The notes beneath the pieces were generated by a model. It was not told where the DNA came from. It did not search any database and was given only the letters and a program-made list of their open reading frames with translations. From the NCBI GenBank assembly GCA_038087875.1, contig CM075992.1:12526001-12590000 (forward strand): DNA of 64,000 nt, given 5' to 3'. Shown here piece by piece: positions 1 to 15,000 of this stretch. The number at the start of each line of letters is the position of its first letter. Position 1 is the stretch's first letter. Both the position numbers and the translations under genes were made by a program. The DNA is from Malacoraja senta. Lineage: Eukaryota.

Positions 1-3000
1 ATGTATTGTATCCAGGGTAAGGGGGGATTAGGAGGGCCAGGGCAGTTTACTCTTCTGGATGTCAGATGTATTATATCCAGGGTAAGAGGGGAGTATGAGG
101 GCCAGGGCAGTTTACTGTTCTGGATGTCAGATGTATTGTATCCAGGGTAAGGGGGGAGTATGAGGGAGAATGAGGGCAGTTTACTGTTCTGGGTGTCAGA
201 TGTATTGTATCCAGGGTAAGGGGGGAGTAAGTGGCCCAGGGCAGTTTACTGTTCTGGATGTCAGATATATTGTATCCAGGGTAAGGGGGGAGTATGTGGG
301 CCAGGGCAGTTTACTGTTCTGGATGTCAGATGTATTGTATCCAGGGTAAGGGTGTAGTATGAGGCCCAGGGCAGTTTACTGTTCTGGATGTCAGATGTAT
401 TGTATCCAGGGTAAGGGGGGAGTATGAGGGCCAGGGCAGTTTACTGTTCTGGATGTCAGATGTATTGTATCCAGGGTAAGGGGGTAGTATGAGGGCCAGG
501 GCAGTTTACTGTTCTGGATGTCAGATGTATTATATCCAGGATAAGGGTGGAGCATGAGGCCCAGGGCAGTTTACTGTTCTGGATGTCAGATGTATTGTAT
601 CCAGGGTAAGGGGGGAGTATGAGGACTAGGGCAGTTTACTGTTCTGGATGTCAGATGTATTGAATCCAGGGTAAGGGGGGATTATGAGGGCCAGGGCAGT
701 TTAATGTTCTGGATGTCAGATGTATTGTATCCAGGGTAAGAGGGGAGTATGAGGGCTAGGGCAGTTTACTGTTCTGGATGTCAGATGTATTGTATCCAGG
801 GTAAGGGGGGAGTTTGAGGGCCAGGGCAGTTTACTGTACTGGATGTCAGATGTATTATATCCAGGGTAAGAGGGGAGTATGAGGCCCAGGGCAGTTTACT
901 GTTCTGAATGTCAGATGTACTGTATCCAGGGTAAGGGGGGAGTATGAGACCCAGGGCGGTTTACTGTTCTGGATGTCAGATGTATTGTATCCAGTGTAAG
1001 GGGGGAGTATGAGGCCCAGGGCAGTTTACTGTTCTGGATCTCAGATGTATTGTATCCAGGGTAAGGGGGGATTATGAGGGCCAGGGCAGTTTACTGTTCT
1101 GGATGTCAGATGTATTATATCCAGGGTAAGGGGGGAGTTTGAGGGCCAGGGCAGTTTACTGTTCTGGATGTCAGATGTATTGTATCCAGGGTAAGGGAGG
1201 AGTATGAGGGAGAATGGGGGCAGTTTACTTTTCTGGATGTAAGATGTATTGTATCCAGGGTAAGGGGGGAGTATGAGGCCCAGGGCAGTTTACTGTTCTG
1301 GATGTCAGATGTATTGTATCCAGGGTAAGGGGGGAGTATGTGGGCCAGGGCAGTTTACTGTTCTGGAAGATCAGACGTATTGTAACCAGGGTAAGGGGGG
1401 AGTATGAGGGCCAGGGCAGTTAACAGTTCTGGATGTCAGATGTATTGTATCCAGGGTAAGGGGGTAGTATGAGGGCCAGGGCAGTTTACTGTTCTGGATG
1501 TCAGATGTATTATATCCAGGGTAAGGGGGGGAGCATGAGGCCCAGGGCAGTTTACTGTTCTGGATGTCAGATGTATTGTATCCAGGGTAAGGAGGGAGTA
1601 TGAGGACCAGGGCAGTTTACTGTTCTGCATGTCAGATGTATTGTATCCAGGGTAAGGGGGAATTATGAGGGCCAGGGCAGTTTAATGTTCTGGATGTCAG
1701 ATGTATTGTATCCAGGGTAAGAGGGGAGTATGAGGGCTAGGGCAGTTTACTGTTCTGGATGTCAGATGTATTGTATCCAGGGTAACGGGGGAGTATGAGG
1801 CCCAGGGCAGTTTACTGTTCTGAATGTCAGATGTATTGTATCCAGGGTAACGGGGGAGTATGAGACCCAGGGCAGTTTATTGTTCTGCATGTCAGATGTA
1901 TTGTATCCAGTGTAAGTGGGGAGTATGAGGCCCAGGGCAGTTTACTGTTCTGGATGTCAGGTGTATTGTATCCAGTGTAAGGGGGGGTATGAGGGCCAAG
2001 GCAGTTTACTGTTCTGGATGTCAGATGTATTATATCCGGGGTAAGGGGGAGTATGAGGGCCAGGGCAGTTTACTGTTCTGGATGTCAGATGTGTTGTATC
2101 CAGGGTAAGGGAGGAGTATGAGGGAGAATGGGAGCAGTTCACTGTTCTGGATGTAAGATGTATTGTATCGAAGGTAAGGGGGGAGTATGAGGGCCAGGGC
2201 AGTTTACTGTTCTGGATGTCAGGTGTATTTTATCCAGGGTAAGGGGGGAGTATGAGGCCCAGGGCAATTTATTGTTCTGGATGTCAGATGTATTGTATCC
2301 AGGGTAAGGGGGGAGTAAGAGGTCCAGGGCAGTTTACTGTTCTGGATGTCAGATGTATTATATCCAGGGTAAGGGGGGAGTATGAAGGCCAGGGCAGTTT
2401 ACTGTTCTTGATGTCAGATGTATTGTTTCCAGTGTAAGGTGGAATATGAGGGAGAATGAGGGCAGTTTACTGTTCTGCATGTCAGATGTATTGTATCCAG
2501 GGTAAGGGGGGATTATGAGGGCCAGGGCAGTTTACTGTTCTGGATGTCAGATGTATTGTATCCAGGGTAAGGGGGTAGTATGAGGGCCAGGGCAGTTTAC
2601 TGTTCTGGATGTCAGATGTATTGTATCCAGGGTAAGGGGGAATATGAGGGCCAGGGCAGTTTACTGTTCTGGATGTCAGATGTATTGTATCCAGGGTAAG
2701 GGGGTAGTATGAGGGCCAGGGCAGTTTACTGTTCTGGATGTCAGATGTATTATATCCAGGATAAGGGTGGAGCATGAGGCCCAGGGCAGTTTACTGTTCT
2801 GGATGTCAGATGTATTGTATCCAGGGTAAGGGGGGAGTATGAGGACTAGGGCAGTTTACTGTTCTGGATGTCAGATGTATTGTATCCAGGGTAAGGGGGG
2901 ATTATGAGGGCCAGGGCAGTTTAATGTTCTGGATGTCAGATGTATTGTATCCAGGGTAAGAGGGGAGTATGAGGGCTAGGGCAGTTTACTGTTCTGGATG

Positions 3001-6000
3001 TCAGATGTATTGTATCCAGGGTAACGGGGGAGTATGAGGCCCAGGGCAGTTTACTATTCTGGATGTCAGATGTATTATATCCAGGGTAAGAGGGGAGTAT
3101 GAGGCCCAGGGCAGTTTACTGTTCTGAATGTCAGATGTACTGTATCCAGGGTAAGGGGGGAGTATGAGACCCAGGGCGGTTTACTGTTCTGGATGTCAGA
3201 TGTATTGTATCCAGTGTAAGGGGGGAGTATGAGGCCCAGGGCAGTTTACTGTTCTGGATCTCAGATGTATTGTATCCAGGGTAAGGGGGGATTATGAGGG
3301 CCAGGGCAGTTTACTGTTCTGGATGTCAGATGTATTATATCCAGGGTAAGGGGGGAGTTTGAGGGCCAGGGCAGTTTACTGTTCTGGATGTCAGATGTAT
3401 TGTATCCAGGGTAAGGGAGGAGTATGAGGGAGAATGGGGGCAGTTTACTTTTCTGGATGTAAGATGTATTGTATCCAGGGTAAGGGGGGAGTATGAGGCC
3501 CAGGGCAGTTTACTGTTCTGGATGTCAGATGTATTGTATCCAGGGTAAGGGGGGAGTATGTGGGCCAGGGCAGTTTACTGTTCTGGAAGATCAGACGTAT
3601 TGTAACCAGGGTAAGGGGGGAGTATGAGGGCCAGGGCAGTTTACAGTTCTGGATGTCAGATGTATTGTATCCAGGGTAAGGGGGTAGTATGAGGGCCAGG
3701 GCAGTTTACTGTTCTGGATGTCAGATGTATTATATCCAGGGTAAGGGGGGAGCATGAGGCCCAGGGCAGTTTACTGTTCTGGATGTCAGATGTATTGTAT
3801 CCAGGGTAAGGAGGGAGTATGAGGACCAGGGCAGTTTACTGTTCTGCATGTCAGATGTATTGTATCCAGGGTAAGGGGGAATTATGAGGGCCAGGGCAGT
3901 TTAATGTTCTGGATGTCAGATGTATTGTATCCAGGGTAAGAGGGGAGTATGAGGGCTAGGGCAGTTTACTGTTCTGGATGTCAGATGTATTGTATCCAGG
4001 GTAACGGGGGAGTATGAGGCCCAGGGCAGTTTACTGTTCTGGATGTCAGATGTATTGTATCCAGGGTAAGAGGGGAGTATGAGGCCCAGGGCAGTTCACT
4101 GTTCTGAATGTCAGATGTATTGTATCCAGGGTAACGGGGGAGTATGAGACCCAGGGCAGTTTATTGTTCTGCATGTCAGATGTATTGTATCCTGTGTAAG
4201 TGGGGAGTATGAGGCCCAGGGCAGTTTACTGTTCTGGATGTCAGGTGTATTGTATCCAGTGTAAGGGGGGGGGGGTATGAGGGCCAGGGCAGTTTACTGT
4301 TCTGGATGTCAGATGTATTATATCCGGGGTAAGGGGGAGTATGAGGGCCAGGGCAGTTTACTGTTCTGGATGTCAGATGTGTTGTATCCAGGGTAAGGGA
4401 GGAGTATGAGGGTGAATGGGAGCAGTTCACTGTTCTGGATGTAAGATGTATTGTATCGAAGGTAAGGGGGGAGTATGAGGGCCAGGGCAGTTTACTGTTC
4501 TGGATGTCAGGTGTATTTTATCCAGGGTAAGGGGGGAGTATGAGGCCCAGGGCAATTTACTGTTCTGGATGTCAGATGTATTGTATCCAGGGTAAGGGGG
4601 GAGTAAGAGGTCCAGGGCAGTTTACTGTTCTGGATGTCAGATGTATTATATCCAGGGTAAGGGGGGAGTATGGCCAGGGCAGTTTACTGTTCTTGATGTC
4701 AGATGTATTGTTTCCAGGGTAAGGGGGAATATGAGGGAGAATGAGGGCAGTTTACTGTTCTGAATGTCAGATGTATTGTATCCAGGGTAAGGGGGGAGTA
4801 TGAGGCCCAGGGCAGTTTACTGTTCTGGATGTCAGATGTATTGTATCCAGGGTAAGGGGGGATTATGAGGGCCAGGGCAGTTTACTGTTCTGGATGTCAG
4901 ATGTATTATATCCAGGGTAAGGGGGGAGTATGAGGGCCAGGGCAGTTTACTGTTCCGTATGTCAGATGTATTGTATCCAGGGTAAGGGAGGAGTATGAGG
5001 GAGAATGGGGGCAGTTTACTGTTCTGGATGTAAGATGTATTGTATCCAGGGTAAGGGGGGAGTATGAGGCCCAGGGCAGTTTACTGTTCTGGATGTCAGA
5101 TGTATTGTATCCAGGGTAAGGGGGGAGTATGAAGCCCAGGGCAGTTTATTGTTCTGCATGTCAGATGTATTGTATCCAGTGTAAGGGGGGAGTATGAGGC
5201 CCAGGGCAGTTTACTGTTCTGGACGTCAGATGTATTGTATCCAGTGTAAGGGGGGATTATGAGGGCCAGGGCAGTTTACTGTTCTGGATGTCAGATGTAT
5301 TATATCCAGGGTAAGGGGGGAGTGTGAGGGCCAGGGCAGTTTACTCTTCTGGATGTCAGATGTATTGTATCCAGGGTAAGGTGGGAGTATGAGGGGCAGG
5401 GCAGTTTACTGTTCTGGATGTCAGATGTATTGTATCCAGGGTAAGGGGGAATATGAGGGCCAGGGCAGTTTACTGTTCTGGATGTCAGATGTATTGTATC
5501 CAGGGTAAGGGGGGAGTATGAGGGCCAGAGCAGTTTACTGTTCTGGATTTCAGATGTAGTCTATCCAGGGTAAGGGGGGAGTATGAGAGCCAGGGCAGTT
5601 TACTGTTCTGGATGTCAGATGTATTGTATCCAGGGTAAGGGGGGATTATGAGGGCCAGGGCAGTTTACTGTTCTGGACGTCAGATGTATTATATCCAGGG
5701 TAAGGGGGGAGTATGAGGGCCAGGGCAGTTTACTGTTCTGGATGTCAGATATATTGTATCCAGGGTAAGGGAGGAGTATGAGGGAGAATGGGGGCATTTT
5801 AGTGTTCTGGATGTAAGATGTATTGTATCCAGGGTAAGGGGGGAGTATGAGGCCCAGGGCAGTTTACTGTTCTGAATGTCAGATGTATTGTATCCAGGGT
5901 AACGGGGGAGTATGAGGCCCAGGGCAGTTTACTGTTCTGGATGTCAGATGTATTGCATCCAGGGTAAGAGGAGTATGAGGCCCAGGGCAGTTTACTGTTC

Positions 6001-9000
6001 TGGATGTCAGATATATTGTATCCAGGGTAAGGGGAGTATGAGGCCCAGGGCAGTTTACTGTTCTGAATGTCAGATGTATTGTATCCAGGGTAAGGGGGGA
6101 GTATGAGGCCCAGGGCAGTTTACTGTTCTGGATGTCAAATGTATTGTATCCAGGGTAAGGGGGGAGTAAGAGGTCCAGGGCAGTTTACTGTTCTGGATGT
6201 CAGATGTATTATATCCAGGGTAAGGGGGGAGTATGAAGGCCAGGGCAGTTTACTGTTCTTGATGTCAGATGTATTGTTTCCAGGATAAGGGGGAATATGG
6301 GGGAGAATGAGGGCAGTTTACTGTTCTGCGTGTCAGATGTATTGTATCCAGGGTAAGGGGGGAGTATGAGGCCCAGGGCAGTTTACTGTTCTGGATGTCA
6401 GATGTATTGTATCCAGGGTAAGGGGGGAGTAAGAGGGCCAGGGCAGTTTACTGTTCTGGATGTCAGATGTATTATATCCAGGGTAAGGGGGGAGTATGAA
6501 GGCCAGGGCAGTTTACTGTTCTTGATGTCAGATGTATAGTTTCCAGGGTAAGGGGGAATATGGGGGAGAATGAGGGCAGTTTACTGTTCTGCATGTCAGA
6601 TGTATTGTATCCAGGGTAAGGGGGGAGTATGAGGCCCAGGGCAGTTTACTGTTCTGGATGTCAGATGTATTGTATCCAGGGTAAGGGGGGAGTAAGAGGC
6701 CCAGGGCACTTTACTGTTCTGGATGTCAGATGTATTGTATCCAGGGTAAGGGGGGTGTATGAGGCCCAGGGCCGTTTACTGTTCTGGATGTCAGCTGTAT
6801 TGTATCCAGGGTAAGGGGGAATATGAGGCCCAGGGCAGTTTACTGTTCTGGATGTCAGATGTATTTAATCCAGTGTAAGGGGGGGTATGAGGCCCAGGGC
6901 AGTTTACTGTTCTGGATGTCAGATGTATTGTATCCAGGGTAAGGGGGGAGTATGAGAGCCAGGGCAGTTTACTGTTCTGGATGTCAGATGTATTGTATCC
7001 AGGGTAAGGGGGGATTATGAGGGCCAGGGCAGTTTACTGTTCTGGATGTCAGATGTATTATATCCAGGGTAAGGGGGGAGTATGAGGGCCAGGGCAGTTT
7101 ACTGTTCTGGATGTCAGATATATTGTATCCAGGGTAAGGGAGGAGTATGAGGGAGAATGGGGGCATTTTAGTGTTCTGGATGTAAGATGTATTGTATCCA
7201 GGGTAAGGGGGGAGTATGAGGCCCAGGGCAGTTTACTGTTCTGAATGTCAGATGTATTGTATCCAGGGTAACGGGGGAGTATGAGGCCCAGGGCAGTTTA
7301 CTGTTCTGGATGTCAGATGTATTGCATCCAGGGTAAGAGGGGAGTATGAGGCCCAGGGCAGTTTACTGTTCTGAATGTCAGATGTATTGTATCCAGGGTA
7401 AGGGGGGAGTATGAGGCCCAGGGCAGTTTACTGTTCTGGATGTCAAATGTATTGTATCCAGGGTAAGGGGGGAGTAAGAGGTCCAGGGCAGTTTACTGTT
7501 CTGGATGTCAGATGTATTATATCCAGGGTAAGGGGGGAGTATGAAGGCCAGGGCAGTTTACTGTTCTTGATGTCAGATGTATTTTTTCCAGGGTAAGGGG
7601 GAATATGGGGGAGAATGAGGGCAGTTTACTGTTCTGCATGTCAGATGTATTGTATCCAGGGTAAGGGGGGAGTATGAGGCCCAGGGCAGTTTACTGTTCT
7701 GGATGTCAGATGTATTGTATCCAGGGTAAGGGGGGAGTAAGAGGGCCAGGGCAGTTTACTGTTCTGGATGTCAGATGTATTATATCCAGGGTAAGGGGGG
7801 AGTATGAAGGCCAGGGCAGTTTACTGTTCTTGATGTCAGATGTATTGTATCCAGGGTAAGGGGGGAGTATGAGAGCCAGGGCAGTTTACTGTTCTGGATG
7901 TCAGATGTATTGTATCCAGGGTAAGGGGGGATTATGAGGGCCAGGGCAGTTTACTGTTCTGGATGTCAGATGTATTATATCCAGGGTAAGGGGGGAGTAT
8001 GAGGGCCAGGGCAGTTTACTGTTCTGGATGTCAGATATATTGTATCCAGGGTAAGGGAGGAGTATGAGGGAGAATGGGGGCATTTTAGTGTTCTGGATGT
8101 AAGATGTATTGTATCCAGGGTAAGGGGGGAGTATGAGGCCCAGGGCAGTTTACTGTTCTGAATGTCAGATGTATTGTATCCAGGGTAACGGGGGAGTATG
8201 AGGCCCAGGGCAGTTTACTGTTCTGGATGTCAGATGTATTGCATCCAGGGTAAGAGGGGAGTATGAGGCCCAGGGCAGTTTACTGTTCTGAATGTCAGAT
8301 GTATTGTATCCAGGGTAAGGGGGGAGTATGAGGCCCAGGGCAGTTTACTGTTCTGGATGTCAAATGTATTGTATCCAGGGTAAGGGGGGAGTAAGAGGTC
8401 CAGGGCAGTTTACTGTTCTGGATGTCAGATGTATTATATCCAGGGTAAGGGGGGAGTATGAAGGCCAGGGCAGTTTACTGTTCTTGATGTCAGATGTATT
8501 GTTTCCAGGGTAAGGGGGAATATGGGGGAGAATGAGGGCAGTTTACTGTTCTGCATGTCAGATGTATTGTATCCAGGGTAAGGGGGGAGTATGAGGCCCA
8601 GGGCAGTTTACTGTTCTGGATGTCAGATGTATTGTATCCAGGGTAAGGGGGGAGTAAGAGGGCCAGGGCAGTTTACTGTTCTGGATGTCAGATGTATTAT
8701 ATCCAGGGTAAGGGGGGAGTATGAAGGCCAGGGCAGTTTACTGTTCTTGATGTCAGATGTATTGTTTCCAGGGTAAGGGGGAATATGGGGGAGAATGAGG
8801 GCAGTTTACTGTTCTGCATGTCAGATGTATTGTATCCAGGGTAAGGGGGGGTATGAGGGCCAGGGCAGTTTACTGTTCTGGATGTCAGGTGTATTGTATC
8901 CAGGGTAAGGGGGGAGTATGAGGCCCAGGGCAGTTTACTGTTCTGAATGTCAGATGTATTGTATCCAGGGTAACGGGGGAGTATGAGGCCCAGGGCAGTT

Positions 9001-12000
9001 TACTGTTCTGGATGTCAGATGTATTGCATCCAGGGTAAGAGGGGAGTATGAGGCCCAGGGCAGTTTACTGTTCTGAATGTCAGATGTATTGTATCCAGGG
9101 TAAGGGGGGAGTATGAGGCCCAGGGCAGTTTACTGTTCTGGATGTCAAATGTATTGTATCCAGGGTAAGGGGGGAGTAAGAGGTCCAGGGCAGTTTACTG
9201 TTCTGGATGTCAGATGTATTATATCCAGGGTAAGGGGGGAGTATGAAGGCCAGGGCAGTTTACTGTTCTTGATGTCAGATGTATTGTTTCCAGGGTAAGG
9301 GGGAATATGGGGGAGAATGAGGGCAGTTTACTGTTCTGCATGTCAGATGTATTGTATCCAGGGTAAGGGGGGAGTATGAGGCCCAGGGCAGTTTACTGTT
9401 CTGGATGTCAGATGTATTGTATCCAGGGTAAGGGGGGAGTAAGAGGGCCAGGGCAGTTTACTGTTCTGGATGTCAGATGTATTATATCCAGGGTAAGGGG
9501 GGAGTATGAAGGCCAGGGCAGTTTACTGTTCTTGATGTCAGATGTATTGTTTCCAGGGTAAGGGGGAATATGGGGGAGAATGAGGGCAGTTTACTGTTCT
9601 GCATGTCAGATGTATTGTATCCAGGGTAAGGGGGGGGTATGAGGGCCAGGGCAGTTTACTGTTCTGGATGTCAGGTGTATTGTATCCAGGGTAAGGGGGG
9701 AGTATGAGGCCCAGGGCAGTTTACTGTTCTGGATGTCAGATGTATTGTATCCAGGGTAAGGGGGGAGTAAGAGGCCCAGGGCACTTTACTGTTCTGGATG
9801 TCAGATGTATTGTATCCAGGGTAAGGGGGGAGTATGAGGCCCAGGGCCGTTTACTGTTCTGGATGTCAAATGTATTGTATCCAGGGTAAGGGGGGAGTAA
9901 GAGGTCCAGGGCAGTTTACTGTTCTGGATGTCAGATGTATTTAATCCAGTGTAAGGGGGGGTATGAGGCCCAGGGCAGATTACTGTTCTGGATGTCAGAT
10001 GTATTGTATCCAGGGTAAGGGGGGATTATGAGGGCCAGGGCAGTTTACTGTTCTGGACGTCAGATGTATTATATCCAGGGTAAGGGGGGAGTATGAGGGC
10101 CAGGGCAGTTTACTGTTCTGGATGTCAGATATATTGTATCCAGGGTAAGGGAGGAGTATGAGGGAGAATGGGGGCATTTTAGTGTTCTGGATGTAAGATG
10201 TATTGTATCCAGGGTAAGGGGGGAGTATGAGGCCCAGGGCAGTTTACTGTTCTGAATGTCAGATGTATTGTATCCAGGGTAACGGGGGAGTATGAGGCCC
10301 AGGGCAGTTTACTGTTCTGGATGTCAGATGTATTGCATCCAGGGTAAGAGGGGAGTATGAGGCCCAGGGCAGTTTACTGTTCTGGATGTCAGATATATTG
10401 TATCCAGGGTAAGGGGAGTATGAGGCCCAGGGCAGTTTACTGTTCTGAATGTCAGATGTATTGTATCCAGGTAAGGGGGGAGTATGAGGCCCAGGGCAGT
10501 TTACTGTTCTGGATGTCAAATGTATTGTATCCAGGGTAAGGGGGGAGTAAGAGGTCCAGGGCAGTTTACTGTTCTGGATGTCAGATGTATTATATCCAGG
10601 GTAAGGGGGGAGTATGAAGGCCAGGGCAGTTTACTGTTCTTGATGTCAGACGTATTGTTTCCAGGATAAGGGGGAATATGGGGGAGAATGAGGGCAGTTT
10701 ACTGTTCTGCGTGTCAGATGTATTGTATCCAGGGTAAGGGGGGAGTATGAGGCCCAGGGCAGTTTACTGTTCTGGATGTCAGATGTATTGTATCCAGGGT
10801 AAGGGGGGAGTAAGAGGGCCAGGGCAGTTTACTGTTCTGGATGTCAGATGTATTATATCCAGGGTAAGGGGGGAGTATGAAGGCCAGGGCAGTTTACTGT
10901 TCTTGATGTCAGATGTATTGTTTCCAGGGTAAGGGGGAATATGGGGGAGAATGAGGGCAGTTTACTGTTCTGCATGTCAGATGTATTGTATCCAGGGTAA
11001 GGGGGGAGTATGAGGCCCAGGGCAGTTTACTGTTCTGGATGTCAGATGTATTGTATCCAGGGTAAGGGGGGAGTAAGAGGCCCAGGGCACTTTACTGTTC
11101 TGGATGTCAGATGTATTGTATCCAGGGTAAGGGGGGAGTATGAGGCCCAGGGCCGTTTACTGTTCTGGATGTCAGATGTATTGTATCCAGGGTAAGGGGG
11201 AATATGAGGCCCAGGGCAGTTTACTGTTCTGGATGTCAGATGTATTTAATCCAGTGTAAGGGGGGGTATGAGGCCCAGGGCAGTTTACTGTTCTGGATGT
11301 CAGATGTATTGTATCCAGGGTAAGGGGGGAGTATGAGAGCCAGGGCAGTTTACTGTTCTGGATGTCAGATGTATTGTATCCAGGGTAAGGGGGGATTATG
11401 AGGGCCAGGGCAGTTTACTGTTCTGGATGTCAGATGTATTATATCCAGGGTAAGGGGGGAGTATGAGGGCCAGGGCAGTTTACTGTTCTGGATGTCAGAT
11501 ATATTGTATCCAGGGTAAGGGAGGAGTATGAGGGAGAATGGGGGCATTTTAGTGTTCTGGATGTAAGATGTATTGTATCCAGGGTAAGGGGGGAGTATGA
11601 GGCCCAGGGCAGTTTACTGTTCTGGATGTCAGATGTATTGTATCCAGGGTAAGGGGGGAGTAAGAGGGCCAGGGCAGTTTACTGTTCTGGATGTCAGATG
11701 TATTGTATCCAGGGTAAGGGGGGAGTATGAGGCCCAGGGCAGTTTACTGTTCTGGATGTCAAATGTATTGTATCCAGGGTAAGGGGGGAGTAAGAGGTCC
11801 AGGGCAGTTTACTGTTCTGGATGTCAGATGTATTATATCCAGGGTAAGGGGGGAGTATGAAGGCCAGGGCAGTTTACTGTTCTTGATGTCAGATGTATTG
11901 TTTCCAGGGTAAGGGGGAATATGGGGGAGAATGAGGGCAGTTTACTGTTCTGCATGTCAGATGTATTGTATCCAGGGTAAGGGGGGAGTATGAGGCCCAG

Positions 12001-15000
12001 GGCAGTTTACTGTTCTGGATGTCAGATGTATTGTATCCAGGGTAAGGGGGGAGTAAGAGGGCCAGGGCAGTTTACTGTTCTGGATGTCAGATGTATTATA
12101 TCCAGGGTAAGGGGGGAGTATGAAGGCCAGGGCAGTTTACTGTTCTTGATGTCAGATGTATTGTTTCCAGGGTAAGGAGGAATATGGGGGAGAATGAGGG
12201 CAGTTTACTGTTCTGCATGTCAGATGTATTGTATCCAGGGTAAGGGGGGGTATGAGGGCCAGGGCAGTTTACTGTTCTGGATGTCAGGTGTATTGTATCC
12301 AGGGTAAGGGGGGAGTATGAGGCCCAGGGCAGTTTACTGTTCTGAATGTCAGATGTATTGTATCCAGGGTAACGGGGGAGTATGAGGCCCAGGGCAGTTT
12401 ACTGTTCTGGATGTCAGATGTATTGCATCCAGGGTAAGAGGGGAGTATGAGGCCCAGGGCAGTTTACTGTTCTGAATGTCAGATGTATTGTATCCAGGGT
12501 AAGGGGGGAGTATGAGGCCCAGGGCAGTTTACTGTTCTGGATGTCAAATGTATTGTATCCAGGGTAAGGGGGGAGTAAGAGGTCCAGGGCAGTTTACTGT
12601 TCTGGATGTCAGATGTATTATATCCAGGGTAAGGGGGGAGTATGAAGGCCAGGGCAGTTTACTGTTCTTGATGTCAGATGTATTGTTTCCAGGGTAAGGG
12701 GGAATATGGGGGAGAATGAGGGCAGTTTACTGTTCTGCATGTCAGATGTATTGTATCCAGGGTAAGGGGGGAGTATGAGGCCCAGGGCAGTTTACTGTTC
12801 TGGATGTCTGATGTATTGTATCCAGGGTAAGGGGGGAGTAAGAGGGCCAGGGCAGTTTACTGTTCTGGATGTCAGATGTATTATATCCAGGGTAAGGGGG
12901 GAGTATGAAGGCCAGGGCAGTTTACTGTTCTTGATGTCAGATGTATTGTTTCCAGGGTAAGGGGGAATATGGGGGAGAATGAGGGCAGTTTACTGTTCTG
13001 CATGTCAGATGTATTGTATCCAGGGTAAGGGGGGGGTATGAGGGCCAGGGCAGTTTACTGTTCTGGATGTCAGGTGTATTGTATCCAGGGTAAGGGGGGA
13101 GTATGAGGCCCAGGGCAGTTTACTGTTCTGGATGTCAGATGTATTGTATCCAGGGTAAGGGGGGAGTAAGAGGCCCAGGGCACTTTACTGTTCTGGATGT
13201 CAGATGTATTGTATCCAGGGTAAGGGGGGAGTATGAGGCCCAGGGCCGTTTACTGTTCTGGATGTCAGATGTATTGTATCCAGGGTAAGGGGGGAGTATG
13301 AGGCCCAGGGCAGTTTACTGTTCTGGATGTCAGATGTATTTAATCCAGTGTAAGGGGGGGTATGAGGCCCAGGGCAGATTACTGTTCTGGATGTCAGATG
13401 TATTGTATCCAGGGTAAGGGGGGATTATGAGGGCCAGGGCCGTTTACTGTTCTGGATGTCAGATATATTATATCCAGGGTAAGAGGGGAGTATGAGGGCC
13501 AGGGCAGTTTACTGTTCTGGATGTCAGATGTATTGTATCCAGGGTAAGGGGGGTGTATGAAGGATAATGAGGGCAGTTTACTGTTCTGGGTGTCAGATGT
13601 ATTGTATCCAGGGTAAGGGGGGAGTATGAGGCCCTGGGCAGTTTACTGTTCTGGATGTCAGATCTATTGTATCCAGGGTAAGGGGGGAGTATGTGGGCCA
13701 GGGCAGTTTACTGTTCTGGATGTCAGATGTATTGTATCCAGGGTAAGGGGGTAGTATGAGGCCCAGGGCAGTTTACTGTTCTGGATGTCAGATGTATTGT
13801 ATCCAGGTTAAGGGGGGAGTATCAGGGCCAGGGCAGTTTACTGTTCTGGATGTCAGATGTATTGTATCCAGGGTAAGGGGGTAGTATGAGGGCCAGGGCA
13901 GTTTACTGTTCTGGATGTCAGATGTATTATATCCAGGATAAGGGGGGAGCATGAGGCTCAGGGCAGTTTACTGTTCTGGATGTCAGATGTATTGTATCCA
14001 GGGTAAGGGGCGATTATGAGGGCCAGGGCAGTTTAATGTTCCGGATGTCAGATGTATTGTATCCAGGGTAAGAGGGGAGTATGAGGGCTAGGGCAGTTTA
14101 CTGTTCTGGATGTCAGATGTATTGTATCCAGGGTAACGGGGGAGTATGAGGCCCAGGGCAGTTTACTGTTCTGGATGTCAGATGTATTGTATCCAGTGTA
14201 AGGGGGGATTATGAGGGCCAGGGCAGTTTACTGTTCTGGATGTCAGATGTATTATATCCGGGGTAAGGGGGAGTATGAGGGCCAGGGCAGTTTACTGTTC
14301 TGGATGTCAGATGTATTGTATCCAGGGTAAGGGAGGAGTATGAGGGAGAATCGGGGCAGTTCACTGTTCTGGATGTAAGATGTATTGTATCCAGGGTAAG
14401 GGGGGCAGTATGTGGGCAAGGGCAGTTTACTGTCCTGGATGTCAGATGTATTGTATCCAGGGTAAGGGTGAGTGAGAGGGCCTGGGCAGTTTACTGTTCT
14501 GGATGTCAGATGTATTGTATACAGGGTAAGGGGGGGAGTATGAGGGCCAGGGCAGTTTACTGTTCTGGAAGATCAGATGTATTGTAACCAGGGTAAGGGG
14601 GGAGTATGAGTGCCAGGGTAGTTTACTGTTCTGGATGTCAGATGTATTGTATCCTGGGTAAGGGGGGTGTATGGGGGCCAAGGCAGTTTACTGTTCTGGA
14701 TGTCAGATGTATTGTATCCAGGGTAAGGTGGGAGTATGAGGGGCAGGGCAGATTACTGTTCTGGATGTCAGATGTATTGTATCCAGGGTAAGGGGGGAGT
14801 ATGAGGGCCAGGGCAGTTTACTGTTCTGGATGTCAGATGTATTGTATCCAGGGTAAGGGGGGAGTATGAGGGCCAGAGCAGTTTACTGTTCTGGATTTCA
14901 GATGTAGTGTATCCAGGGTAAGGGGGGAGTATGAGAGCCAGGGCAGTTTTCTGTTCTGGATGTCAGATGTATTGTATCCATGGTAAGGGGGGAGTATGTG

